Below, piece after piece: positions 9,352 to 20,001 of a stretch of 49,261 nucleotides of DNA; position 1 is the first letter of the stretch; each line of letters opens with the position of its first letter. The position numbers and the translations under genes were made by a program. The notes beneath the pieces were generated by a model, which saw only the letters and a list, made by a program, of their open reading frames with translations, did no database searches and had not been told where the DNA came from. This stretch comes from Candidatus Hydrogenedentota bacterium (GTDB lineage: Bacteria; Hydrogenedentota; Hydrogenedentia; Hydrogenedentales; JAEUWI01), in assembly GCA_034669905.1 (NCBI GenBank), contig JAXMOL010000055.1, positions 1-49,261 on the forward strand, given 5' to 3'.

Positions 9352-10142
9352 ACCAACGCCGCCGCACGAGGCAGCCATCCGCTATCCCAACGATGGGGGA
9401 TATCGTCCGTGACCTCATAGACATGGGGAATACCTGCGGACTTCAAGGCATTTCGTGTGGCTTCCATAGGATGGTCGCCATTTTTCTTGCGCATCAAGAA
9501 AATGCGGGGAGGACTATCCTTGAGTTGGGACCCGTGGGCGCGTATCAGGCTCGGAATCGCGTAGTTGTTGAAGTGTTCGTCCGTTCCGAAAACATCTATC
9601 ATCCGGAACTGGTCCGGACGTGTCTTGTCCACCGGCGCATCCCAGGCGACCGCCTTGCCGAAGAACTCCGGATGGCGGAGCAGCAACATGACCGCCCCAT
9701 AGCCCGACTTGCTGAAGCCCAGAAGGAGCCGGCCATGGGCGCTTTTCTCCACCGGGTAGTGGGCATCCACCCAGGGGACGACTGTCTCGACGAAATGCCG
9801 TTCCTGTTGGAGGGCCGGGTCCGTCGGGTGGTCGGCATACCACGGCATGGCGGTGAAGGTGGGCGCTACGCAGATGACGTTGTGTTTGTTCGCCACGTCG
9901 GCCCTGGCGGCTTCCTGAATGCCGCTGCCGTAGTGGTCTTCTGTGCCTGGTTCGACGGGCAGGATATACAGCACCCGATACCGCTGGGTGGGGTCCAAGG
10001 TCTCCGGCAGGATAATCTGGACGGAGGTCGGTGCGGGCTGGAAGGGGCCCGCGACGGTTTCGGTGAGGATGGTGGGTTCGGCATCCACCCGAATGAGGAG
10101 GAGTGGGAGGGCAATTGCGAAGAGGTAGTGGAAGGATGTCAT
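9333..10142 (-). CDS. Exported alpha/beta-hydrolase (putative esterase)
   Basis: Signal peptide, VLYILP, VVPWVDAHYP, LLLGFSKSGYGA nucleophile elbow, C-terminal HRW. Confidence 0.8.
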   Translation of the reverse strand: MTSFHYLFAIALPLLLIRVDAEPTILTETVAGPFQPAPTSVQIILPETLDPTQRYRVLYILPVEPGTEDHYGSGIQEAARADVANKHNVICVAPTFTAMPWYADHPTDPALQQERHFVETVVPWVDAHYPVEKSAHGRLLLGFSKSGYGAVMLLLRHPEFFGKAVAWDAPVDKTRPDQFRMIDVFGTDEHFNNYAIPSLIRAHGSQLKDSPPRIFLMRKKNGDHPMEATRNALKSAGIPHVYEVTDDIPHRWDSGWLPRAAALVLAVDG

Positions 10143-10252
10143 CGTCGTTTTCCAAGGCGCTTGTTAGGTGAGGATACTGTGTAGGTGCGGGGAAAGAATT
10201 GTCAAGGGGGTGGGAAAGAGACTGGGTATTGCCGGGAGTCCTCTTCCCTCTG

Positions 10253-10352
10253 TTGGCTCGGACGCCCGAATCGAGTCTGTCTTGATCAGGGCGAATCTTT
10301 TGCGCTCCATGCACACGAAACCTCGTCGTACTCGGCATCGCGTGTCACGGTG
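10253..10352 (+). repeat. ~100-bp direct repeat B (42-bp core copy 3 at 10304-10345)
   Basis: Colinear with 9189-9288. Confidence 0.8.
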
Positions 10353-10420
10353 CGTCGTGTACGTGGCACAGTAACTTCGGTGTGAGCGCCTTATGCTGGT
10401 TGGAATCGGTCTTCTTACAC

Positions 10421-10455
10421 AAAAAAGCCCGGACCACCCATGGTGGCCCGGGCTT
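10421..10455 (-). terminator. Intrinsic terminator of the DUF1559 gene
   Basis: Minus strand AAGCCCGGGCCACC-ATG-GGTGGTCCGGGCTT followed by a T tract. Confidence 0.85.
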
Positions 10456-10485
10456 ACGTTCAGGTGTCCGTTCGTTTCCTCAGGA

Positions 10486-11538
10486 TCAGCCGTGGCCGCC
10501 CATGAGGAAATTGATGCCGGAAATCTCACCCACGAGGGCGTTGCTCACTTCGCCTTCCGTGAGCAGGGGAGCTTCCGACTTGTACTTGATGAACTCGACG
10601 TGGCCGTCCATGTAGAGCACGTTGGACCCGCCGGGGACGTGGTTGAAAAACTGGGCACCCTGCGCGATGGGGAGGCCGAGTCCGGCGGAGGAGTTGTTGG
10701 TGTCCGCCCAGGCGTCATACATGACAAAGATCTCACTCTGGGCCTTGGCGCCCGCCGCCGGGTTGTTGATGTCGGTAATGAGGAAGCGCTCGGCTCCTTC
10801 ACGAAGGCGGTTGTAGGATGGGGGCAGCACATCGCCATTGTCGTCTACGAAGCCGGAGCCACGGGGACTGTTCGCCGTGACCAGGCTCTCACTGATATCC
10901 AGTACGTTGACTTCGTCGGTTTCCCACATGCCAAAGTCCGGGCACCCTTCCGCGGCCAAGGCACCCACCCCGGTGAAGCCTGTGGTGGTGACGGAAGTCC
11001 ACCAGTTTGCCCGAATCCAGACCGTGTCGAGATACTGGGAAGCCGTGCGGGTGACATAGGGATTGTAGATATAGGAAACCGGCATGGAAAGGAATACGTT
11101 GAGACAGGCGTCGTTGCCCACGTTGGCGGCGTGTTTCGCCAAGGTCTCGATTTGCTCCACGTAATCCTGCTCCACGCCCCAGCCACCGAGGCCAAAGGGA
11201 TCATAGTCGGCACGACTGTCGGAGGGGCAAAGGGTGATGTTGGGGTCGGTCCAGTAATCGGGATAAAGGGATTCGCCCGAGATGCCGTTCATCCAGCTGA
11301 GCACCCACGCCCCGTTGTGGGGAAAGGTGGTAATGCCGGGGGGGAAGCTACCGCCCGCCTCTTCATTGGAGTACATCTTGAACATGAGCCCCCACTGTTT
11401 GAGGTTATTGGCGCAACTGGCCCGCCGTGCAGCCTCACGTGCCCGCGCCAGAGCGGGGAGTAGGATGGCGGCGAGAATGCCGATGATGGCGATCACCACC
11501 AGGAGTTCGATGAGGGTAAATCCGTGGTTTCGTTTCAT
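10486..11538 (-). CDS. Prepilin-type N-terminal cleavage / DUF1559 protein with H-X9-DG-like C-terminal motif
   Basis: [63 protein letters not shown]. Confidence 0.92.
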   Translation of the reverse strand: MKRNHGFTLIELLVVIAIIGILAAILLPALARAREAARRASCANNLKQWGLMFKMYSNEEAGGSFPPGITTFPHNGAWVLSWMNGISGESLYPDYWTDPNITLCPSDSRADYDPFGLGGWGVEQDYVEQIETLAKHAANVGNDACLNVFLSMPVSYIYNPYVTRTASQYLDTVWIRANWWTSVTTTGFTGVGALAAEGCPDFGMWETDEVNVLDISESLVTANSPRGSGFVDDNGDVLPPSYNRLREGAERFLITDINNPAAGAKAQSEIFVMYDAWADTNNSSAGLGLPIAQGAQFFNHVPGGSNVLYMDGHVEFIKYKSEAPLLTEGEVSNALVGEISGINFLMGGHG

Positions 11539-11640
11539 GAGGGGGTGCTCCTAGCCCGAGGGGCCCCATTGCGGTGGCCCGTTTTTGCCTTGCTCCGGGT
11601 GCCACGAGGAAGTCATCGGGACCGCCTCACCCGTAACACA

Positions 11641-11669
11641 ATCCTAACAAATGGTAGGTAAGTATGCAA
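11641..11669 (-). promoter_or_regulatory. sigma70 promoter of the DUF1559 gene
   Basis: Minus strand TTGCAT-17-TAGGAT with TG extension. Confidence 0.55.
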
Positions 11670-11815
11670 GGTTTTAAGGTAATACGGAAAGACAGTATGG
11701 GACTTCAGGGCTGATTTGGCGGGGTGGGCGGGGCGCGGTGTATTGATGGTGGCACGAAGGACGGCACATCGTGTGCGCGGCATGATTATCTCCCTATTTT
11801 ATCCCAATGAAACAC

Positions 11816-11850
11816 AAAAAAAGCCCGGGTCGCGCTGGGCGACCCGGGCT
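11816..11850 (-). terminator. Intrinsic terminator of aceBA
   Basis: 12-bp stem AGCCCGGGTCGC/GCGACCCGGGCT plus T tract on the minus strand. Confidence 0.9.
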
Positions 11851-11871
11851 GGGATTAAGGTGCCTTAGGGC

Positions 11872-13182
<1,311 letters not shown>

Positions 13183-13310
13183 GATACGTGTTGTCCTTGT
13201 GTGCCTCGCGGCAGGTTTCCGTTCCTTGCACTACAGCTCCGGTTACGGTAGCTAGGTATTAAAGGCGCTGCATGCTCAGAATCATTCAACTCCAGGTGTG
13301 GCCCTGCCAC

Positions 13311-14912
13311 TCAGTCCAACTGCTCGTAAGCAGCCAGCGTAAGAAACTCAGCTAGGTCTTCATTGGCGGTAAACTCGTCAAAGAGTTTGGCCGCTTCGGC
13401 ATATTTTCCGCTGGTGAAGCGCTCTTCACCCACTTCGTGTTTGATAGCGTCCATTTCCTCGGCAGCGATTTCACGCACCAGTTCCATGGTGACGGCGCGG
13501 CCATCATTGAGGACCGCCTTGCTGTTGTGTACCCACTGCCACAACTGGGTGCGGGAGATCTCGGCGGTTGCCGCATCTTCCATCAGGTTATAGAGGGGGA
13601 CGCAGCCTACGCCACGCAACCAGGCTTCCAGATACTGGACACCCACCTTGATGTTTTCGCGGATACCATGCTCCGTGATTTCACCGGTGGGAATGGCCAG
13701 GAGATCGGCTGCCGTGGTGGTGACATCGTCCCGTTGCTTATCAATCTGGTTGGGCTTGTCACCCAGGACCTTGTCGAACTCTTCCATGGCAATGGCGACC
13801 AGTGCCGGGTGAGCGACCCACGTGCCGTCATGGCCGTCTTCCGCTTCCCGCTTCTTGTCCGCCTTCACCTTGGCCATGGCCGCGTTGTTGGCTTCATCGT
13901 CGTTCTTGATCGGGATCTGGGCGGCCATGCCACCCATGGCAAAGGCACCGCGTTTGTGGCAGGCCTTGATACAGGCGAGGGAATAGGCACGCATGAAGGG
14001 CGTCGTCATGCCGACCAGTGCGCGGTCCGGCACGAGGAACTCTTCTTTCTTCGCGAACTTTTTGATGTAGCTGAAGATATAATCCCAACGACCGCAGTTA
14101 AGACCACCACTGTGGTGCCGCAGTTCGTAGAGGATTTCTTCCATCTGGAACGCCGCGAGGATGTGCTCAATAAGCACCGTGCCCTTCACCGTGCCCTGGG
14201 GCACGCCGAGGAGATCCTGGGCCTTTACAAAGACGTCGTTCCAGAGGCGGGCTTCGAGGTAGTGCTCCATCTTCGGAAGATAGAGGTAGATGCCACCCCC
14301 TTGTTCCACACGGAATTTCGCATTGTGGAAGAAATACATGGCGAAGTCGAAGAGGCTGCCGGAAGCGCGCTCACCATCGACTAACACATGTTTTTCAGAA
14401 AGGTGCCAGCCCCGGGGACGAACCAGAAGGACCGCCGTTTGCTCTTTCAGGGCGTAGCTCTTGCCGTTGGGCGCGGTAAAATCAATTTGCCGTCGCAGGG
14501 CATCGCGCATGTTGACCTGACCATCCAGGGTGGCCGACCAGGTGGGACCATGGGAGTCCTCAAAGTCGGCCATGTAGGTCTTCGCACCGGAGTTGAGGGC
14601 GTTGATGACCATTTTCCGGTCAACCGGTCCCGTTATTTCGACCCGGCGGTCTTGGAAATCGGCGGGCACGGGGTCTACTTTCCAGTCCCCATTCCGGATT
14701 TCGGCGGTTTCGGCAAAGAAATCGGGCATTTCGCCGCGATCCAAGGCCGCCTGTCGCTCCTTGCGCTTTTCGAGTAACTCCAGCCGGCGCGGGTTAAACG
14801 CGCGATGGAGGGTGGCGTAAAATGCTAGCGCGTCGGGCGTTAGTATCTCCGCCTGTGTGTCCGATACGGGTCCCAGGAGTTCCAGGCCCTCGGGCACGTC
14901 GATTGATGCCAT
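13311..14912 (-). CDS. aceB: Malate synthase A
   Basis: DRRVEITGP, MADFED, RPRGWHL, GLNCGRWDYIFS, LMEDAATAEISR; GAAAGGA RBS before ATG 14912. Confidence 0.98.
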   Translation of the reverse strand: MASIDVPEGLELLGPVSDTQAEILTPDALAFYATLHRAFNPRRLELLEKRKERQAALDRGEMPDFFAETAEIRNGDWKVDPVPADFQDRRVEITGPVDRKMVINALNSGAKTYMADFEDSHGPTWSATLDGQVNMRDALRRQIDFTAPNGKSYALKEQTAVLLVRPRGWHLSEKHVLVDGERASGSLFDFAMYFFHNAKFRVEQGGGIYLYLPKMEHYLEARLWNDVFVKAQDLLGVPQGTVKGTVLIEHILAAFQMEEILYELRHHSGGLNCGRWDYIFSYIKKFAKKEEFLVPDRALVGMTTPFMRAYSLACIKACHKRGAFAMGGMAAQIPIKNDDEANNAAMAKVKADKKREAEDGHDGTWVAHPALVAIAMEEFDKVLGDKPNQIDKQRDDVTTTAADLLAIPTGEITEHGIRENIKVGVQYLEAWLRGVGCVPLYNLMEDAATAEISRTQLWQWVHNSKAVLNDGRAVTMELVREIAAEEMDAIKHEVGEERFTSGKYAEAAKLFDEFTANEDLAEFLTLAAYEQLD

Positions 14913-15157
14913 CGGTAGCTGTCCTTTCACTGTGGAAACTGTTGACTAGACACAAGGGCACCGAACCGGTTGCCTTGCATCGCTCAATTCGGGATTTTCC
15001 ACCTCTCTCCGAGTTCTAACGAACGGTACCACCGGTTCTAAGTGTTTGACAAATCAGTTGTTTCAATGTTAATTATAGGTTTGGTTAATCTTCGAAGGCT
15101 GTTTGCTTGAGATTTCTAATAGTATCCTGACAACGCCGCTGGCGCGAGAGAGAGCAC

Positions 15158-16069
15158 GTGCCGAAAAACGAATTCCGCTATAAACAGAATCGCCTGCAGC
15201 AATTGCGGGGTTTCTGCTATGCCGCCGCCGACGGGAGTATCTCGAAGGCCGCCGAGCGTATGTTTCTCAGTCAGCCATCGGTGTCGTTGCAGATACAAGC
15301 CCTCGAACGGGAGCTTGATGTCACCCTCTTCGAGCGGCGTGGGCCCAAGATCAAGCTGACACCCGACGGGGAGATACTCTTTGAGCTGTCCATGCCCCTG
15401 GTAGAGCGGATTGATAAGTTATCCGATGAATTCGAGTCCCGCCGGGGCAATGTGGAGCATGGCCGGGTGGATGTGGCGGCCGGTTGGTCGACTATTCTTT
15501 ATGTGCTCCCCGAGTTTGTGGAGCGTTTTCGCGAGGCCCATCCGACGATCGAACTGAAACTGCACAACGTCACGGGTGCCGAGGGACTGGCCCAACTGCG
15601 GGCCGGGCATGTGGATTTTGCGGTTGGCCCCCTGTTGCAGGCCCCGGAAGATATCATCTTTCACCCCATCGTTTCCTATGAACCCCTGTTAATTACCAGC
15701 CTGAATCATCCCCTGGCCGATGCCACGGATCTCAGCCTGGCGGAAATCAGCAAGTATCCCCTCATACTGCCGCCCCGTCATTTGAGCACGTGGAGTACGG
15801 TGGATTCGGTATTCAAGGCCCATGGACTTCCCTACGAAGTGGCCATGGAAGTGGGCGGGTGGGAAGTGATCAAGAAATACGTGGAGCTTGGCCTTGGTAT
15901 TTCCGTGGTCATGAGTATCTGCATTACCGGCGAAGAGAAGCTTGCCGTAATTCCCGCCGGCAAATTCTTTCCCAACCGAACCTATGGCGTCGTGATGCGT
16001 AAGGGCAAGTTCCTCAGTCCCCAGGCCCGGCGTTTTATCCAGCTCATGATTCCCGACGTGCAGTTCTAA
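15158..16069 (+). CDS. LysR-family regulator divergent from aceBA
   Basis: SISKAAERMFLSQPSVSLQIQALERELDVTLFER HTH plus substrate-binding domain. Confidence 0.93.
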   Translation: MPKNEFRYKQNRLQQLRGFCYAAADGSISKAAERMFLSQPSVSLQIQALERELDVTLFERRGPKIKLTPDGEILFELSMPLVERIDKLSDEFESRRGNVEHGRVDVAAGWSTILYVLPEFVERFREAHPTIELKLHNVTGAEGLAQLRAGHVDFAVGPLLQAPEDIIFHPIVSYEPLLITSLNHPLADATDLSLAEISKYPLILPPRHLSTWSTVDSVFKAHGLPYEVAMEVGGWEVIKKYVELGLGISVVMSICITGEEKLAVIPAGKFFPNRTYGVVMRKGKFLSPQARRFIQLMIPDVQF

Positions 16070-16127
16070 TGCGATAATTCGCCCGCTGCGCTGAAAAACA
16101 TCGTACAATAGGGGCTGTAGCGTAGTT

Positions 16128-17723
16128 GTGAGGAAGTTCGTGGTGAAGTTTGGAATCTCGGTGAGATGGTGCGTTTTGCCAGCACTCTACGGCGTTGGGG
16201 TAAGTTCGCTCGCGGGCTGTCCACCTGACGTGCCGGTGGATCTGACGCCCGCCGGTGATGGGGGGACCCACCTCTTTCGCATGGCCCACATCACCGATCC
16301 CCAAATTGTCGATGAAGAGAGTCCGGCCCGTGCGGTGCGATTTACCGACTTCAACCGCAGTGCCTGGCGCCCCCAGGAGGCCTTTGGGGTCCATACCCTG
16401 GACGCGACCCTCCAGGTTATCAATAGATTACACACAGAGGCACCTGCGCGGCCTGTGGCCTTTGTGGCGGTTACCGGAGATCTGGTGGACTCGGCGCAGC
16501 GCAATGAACTGCAGTGGTTCATCGATACGATGGATGGTAAGGTGGTTACCCCCGACTCGGGCGAAGCCGATGGGGTGTTTCGGATGGGGGATCCGGCGCT
16601 TAACCCGAAGCGTGCCTATGATGCCGTGGGACTCGCTCCAGATATACCGTGGTACACCTGTTTTGGCAACCATGACAGCCTGGCCGTCGGAACCTTTGCC
16701 ATTGACCGGAGTCTCCCCCAGCCTGGAGACTGGTCGGCGCCGCTGCTGCCCGTCGTGGCCGACTTTCTGGGGCTTCGCGCCATGGGGCTCGGCGGCAATC
16801 GCTTGCTGGCAACCGACGATTGGAGTCCCGCGGTGCTCCTGGGAAGTGGGGTGCCGCTTCTGGCAGCGAGTAACCGACTCGATCTTACCCAATTGACTGC
16901 GGGGCCGGTGGTTCCGGATCGGGCCCGCCAGTTTCTATCGAAAGCAGACTTTATCGCGCTTCACCTGGCCAGTGAGACCGAGCCGCCGGGCCATGGATTC
17001 ACGGCCACCTCGCTGGCCGAAGGGGCGACCCACTACGTGGCCCATCCCGTCCCCGGCGTGCCGCTCCGTCTCATCGTTTTTGATACCGTGGCCCACACGG
17101 CCCGGCCCGGTTTTCCTGCTCACTTTGGCACCTTGGAGCCGGCCCACTTTGAGGGGTTCGTGGTGCCCCAGTTGGAAGCGGCCGCGGCTGCAGGAGAATG
17201 GGTAATACTCGCATCGCACCATCCCTCCTCCGATTTTGACGCGGGGCTGGTGGGGGAGCGGGTGCGCACCCACACCTTTCGGGCGGCATTGGGTGCCTAT
17301 CCCAACGTGTTGATGCACCTGAACGGGCACACCCACCGCCATCGGGCAGATCGTATCTCGGCCGGACCCTATCCGTATCTGGAGATCGCGACGGCGTCCG
17401 TGATTGACTACCCACAGGAGGGGCGTATGATCGACGTCTTCCTGGAAGCCGATGGCGAGACCATTCGAATCGAAAGTACGGTCTTCGGGCACCAGAGCGC
17501 GCCAACGGCCTTTTCTGCCGAGAGTTTCCGCCTCGCCCAGATCGATCGGGCCAATCGCATGGGTACCCCTTCCGGGCAGGGGGCGGCAGAAAAGGAGGGC
17601 CCTAAGGCGTGGGAGGACGATCACTTCCGCATACGACTTCCCCGATCGGGGGATCAGTGGGGTGGCAGTTCCGTGGGCAGCGAAAGTTCGAACCAGGCAC
17701 CGCCCTTCTCGTTATTGCCGTAG
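16128..17723 (+). CDS. Calcineurin-like metallophosphoesterase, probable lipoprotein
   Basis: HITDPQ, TGDLVD, GNHD, SHHP, GHTH motifs; LAGC lipobox; start uncertain. Confidence 0.82.
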   Translation: MRKFVVKFGISVRWCVLPALYGVGVSSLAGCPPDVPVDLTPAGDGGTHLFRMAHITDPQIVDEESPARAVRFTDFNRSAWRPQEAFGVHTLDATLQVINRLHTEAPARPVAFVAVTGDLVDSAQRNELQWFIDTMDGKVVTPDSGEADGVFRMGDPALNPKRAYDAVGLAPDIPWYTCFGNHDSLAVGTFAIDRSLPQPGDWSAPLLPVVADFLGLRAMGLGGNRLLATDDWSPAVLLGSGVPLLAASNRLDLTQLTAGPVVPDRARQFLSKADFIALHLASETEPPGHGFTATSLAEGATHYVAHPVPGVPLRLIVFDTVAHTARPGFPAHFGTLEPAHFEGFVVPQLEAAAAAGEWVILASHHPSSDFDAGLVGERVRTHTFRAALGAYPNVLMHLNGHTHRHRADRISAGPYPYLEIATASVIDYPQEGRMIDVFLEADGETIRIESTVFGHQSAPTAFSAESFRLAQIDRANRMGTPSGQGAAEKEGPKAWEDDHFRIRLPRSGDQWGGSSVGSESSNQAPPFSLLP

Positions 17724-18712
17724 GTGATGGTCCCTTCATGGGCCGTGACAATACGATGGGTGATGGAAAGCCCCAGCCCCGTGCCGCCGGCCTTCTTGGT
17801 GAAGAAGGCGCTGAAGAGGTCGTCGTCGCCGTTCAAATGGATGCCCGGTCCCTCATCGTCGATCCGGAAATGAATCTTCCCATCGCTCGCGGACGTGTGC
17901 AACGTTACCGTACCCTCTTCCGGGCTGACTTCGATGGCGTTGCGCAGAATGTTACTGAGCGCCTGGGCCATCTTCGGGGCGTCGGCCAATACCTGGGGAA
18001 GGGCCGGAGGCGCACTGCACTGCAAAGCAACCTGATGATGGGCCGCCAGGGCCTGGGTCAGTTCATTAGATCGGGCCACGATTTGAAGGGGATCACAGAC
18101 GGCCTGCTCCAATTCGAAGGGTTTGGCGAAATTGAGGAACTGGGCAATGAGCTTTTCCATCTGCTTGGCTTCGGAAAAGATGGTGCTGGCCTTGGCGTGA
18201 TTCCCGTCATCCGGTTCTGTTTTCCGGAGGATCAGTTCGGACATGCCGCTGATGACACTCAGGGGATTCCGCAATTCGTGGACTACCCCGGCGGTCAACT
18301 CACCGATTTGGGCCAACTGCTTATTGAGGTTGGCCGTTTTTTCCAGGCGTCGCACGTGGGTCAAATCGATGAACAGAAAGATGACGCCATTAAAGGGGGC
18401 CGGTCCCTGGAGGAGTGAGGCGGTAATACCCAGGACTTTTGGACCGTCTGCCGCGGAGAGTACCACTTCGCGACGGGAAACCGCCTTGGGAGATTCCCGC
18501 ATTTCCTCCAGAATATGGGCCAGGGGGGAGACCCCGTCGATTTCACTCAGTGCCGTGCCGGGCTCCAGGGCATCGCAGGTGAGGTTCAGATGGTGCGCGG
18601 CCGCTCCATTTGCCGTGATAATTTCGCCGGTCGCATCGACTGCCAGCACCCCGCTGGTCAGACTGGCGACGATCTGCGTATGAATTGAGGAATAGTCTTC
18701 TTCGTAGGCCAT
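17654..18712 (-). CDS. Soluble PAS-HisKA-HATPase histidine kinase (NtrB/PilS-like)
   Basis: VVHELRNPL, NILRNAIE, DEGPGI, FFTKKAGGTGLGL; PAS-like SGVLAVDATGEIITAN. Confidence 0.92.
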   Translation of the reverse strand: MAYEEDYSSIHTQIVASLTSGVLAVDATGEIITANGAAAHHLNLTCDALEPGTALSEIDGVSPLAHILEEMRESPKAVSRREVVLSAADGPKVLGITASLLQGPAPFNGVIFLFIDLTHVRRLEKTANLNKQLAQIGELTAGVVHELRNPLSVISGMSELILRKTEPDDGNHAKASTIFSEAKQMEKLIAQFLNFAKPFELEQAVCDPLQIVARSNELTQALAAHHQVALQCSAPPALPQVLADAPKMAQALSNILRNAIEVSPEEGTVTLHTSASDGKIHFRIDDEGPGIHLNGDDDLFSAFFTKKAGGTGLGLSITHRIVTAHEGTITYGNNEKGGAWFELSLPTELPPH

Positions 18713-18733
18713 GGGCTTTCCTCCAAACTTCGC

Positions 18734-19603
18734 TTATACGCGACTGCGAATTTCCTGGGCCAGCAGCCCGAACTCTTCCAGCCCCAGCGTCTGCGGACGG
18801 CGCCCCGGATCGATCTTGGCCGCGTCCATCGCATCCAACACGGCTTCTTTCGGGGCACCAAAGGTGCCCGATCGGGTGAGGGAATTCCGCAGGGTCTTGC
18901 GACGTTGCGCAAAGGCAGAGCGGACGACTTTCATCAAAAACAGTTTATCATCCCGATTCATTTCAGACTTCTGATCGCAGCGGAAGCGCACCACACAGCT
19001 ATCTACCTTTGGCTTGGGTAGAAAACAACTGGCAGGCACGCGATGGACAATGTCCACATCGGCGTAGCACCGGGCTGCGAGCGAGAGGATGCCGTAGTTT
19101 TCTGCGCCGACGGGGGCAACCAGGCGCTGGCCGACTTCATCCTGCATCATGACAACGAGGCGCGAGAAATAAAGCGGGGACTCCAGAATGTGAAAGAGAA
19201 TCTTGGTCGTGATGTAGTAGGGGAGATTGGAGAGGAACTTGTGGCTCTTCCCGCCGGGGATAAATTCATTCACCAGTTTCTCGGGGGGGTGATTCAATAT
19301 GTCCCCCCGGAAAATGTGGACGTTATCCATTTCCCCAAACTGATCTTGCAGACAGGGAATGAATGAGGAGTCAATCTCCACAGAGAGTAACTTGCCCACC
19401 TGGGGGGCGATGCGGCGCGTCAGCGCTCCGAGTCCCGAGCCAACCTCCAACACATAGTCGTCGGGTTCCAGGGCCGCCGCATCAATCATAATACGATTAA
19501 TGTTGTCGTCCAGAAGGAGGTTTTGCCCCAGCGCTTTCTTGAAGGTAATACCATAGCGCGTACACATTTCACGCAGACTCATGGCGGCTGGTTGATCAGT
19601 CAT
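18734..19603 (-). CDS. rsmA: 16S rRNA adenine dimethyltransferase RsmA/KsgA
   Basis: KKALGQNLL, VLEVGSGLGALT, NLPYYIT, PKPKVDS, FAQRRKTLRN. Confidence 0.96.
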   Translation of the reverse strand: MTDQPAAMSLREMCTRYGITFKKALGQNLLLDDNINRIMIDAAALEPDDYVLEVGSGLGALTRRIAPQVGKLLSVEIDSSFIPCLQDQFGEMDNVHIFRGDILNHPPEKLVNEFIPGGKSHKFLSNLPYYITTKILFHILESPLYFSRLVVMMQDEVGQRLVAPVGAENYGILSLAARCYADVDIVHRVPASCFLPKPKVDSCVVRFRCDQKSEMNRDDKLFLMKVVRSAFAQRRKTLRNSLTRSGTFGAPKEAVLDAMDAAKIDPGRRPQTLGLEEFGLLAQEIRSRV

Positions 19604-19606
19604 GCT

Positions 19607-19912
19607 ATTGGAAACTCCCGGGCGTCCGGCCCGTCTTGATGCTCATAGTGCCCGTGACCCATCGGGAGGATGGCGGTGCGTTGTTCCTCCCAGAGCCGGT
19701 CACAGGCGCTGGAATGTGTGGTCTCTCCCACCACATCGGGGGGCCGACGGGCGCGCCCCGTAGACTTCCCGAATGGGAACCCTGAATTGTGTCGGCAGGG
19801 CCGGAGGAAATGGGGGCCGCAGTGCCGATGTGGTCCGACCCTGACCATGGGTGTGCGTTCCGGCCCGGCCCGCTCAGGTAATGGTATCGTTCCCACCTCC
19901 CGGAAGTCCAAT
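19607..19912 (-). other. Highly structured ~300-nt intergenic element (candidate ncRNA/leader or MITE)
   Basis: Nested stems 19730-39/19825-34, 19647-59/19698-710 and 19664-70/19685-91; imperfect terminal inverted repeats; extended -10 upstream. Confidence 0.4.
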
Positions 19913-19919
19913 TATACCA
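19911..19919 (-). promoter_or_regulatory. Extended -10 promoter toward rsmA
   Basis: Minus strand TGGTATAAT. Confidence 0.55.
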
Positions 19920-19945
19920 GTTATTAGGCCCCCATGGGTCGACCA

Positions 19946-19974
19946 TTGACCCACCTTCGACACCCTGATATCAT
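19946..19974 (+). promoter_or_regulatory. sigma70 promoter of the adenylate cyclase gene
   Basis: TTGACC-17-TATCAT; GAGGA RBS downstream. Confidence 0.6.
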
Positions 19975-20001
19975 CATCACGCAACTGCGAGGATTTTCTT
20001 A

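Noticed and set aside
9093..10352. CRISPR array or integron attC sites
   Set aside because: Repeats are irregularly spaced and in mixed orientation, lack RYYYAAC/GTTRRRY ends, and no cas or intI gene is present
19670..19710. SRP RNA helix 8 resemblance (TCT-GGGA-GGA on the minus strand)
   Set aside because: Conserved CAGG and AGCAG internal-loop bases are absent
19605..19946. 113-aa minus-strand ORF upstream of rsmA
   Set aside because: No RBS or motif, G/P/W-rich composition, and its start spans the predicted promoter
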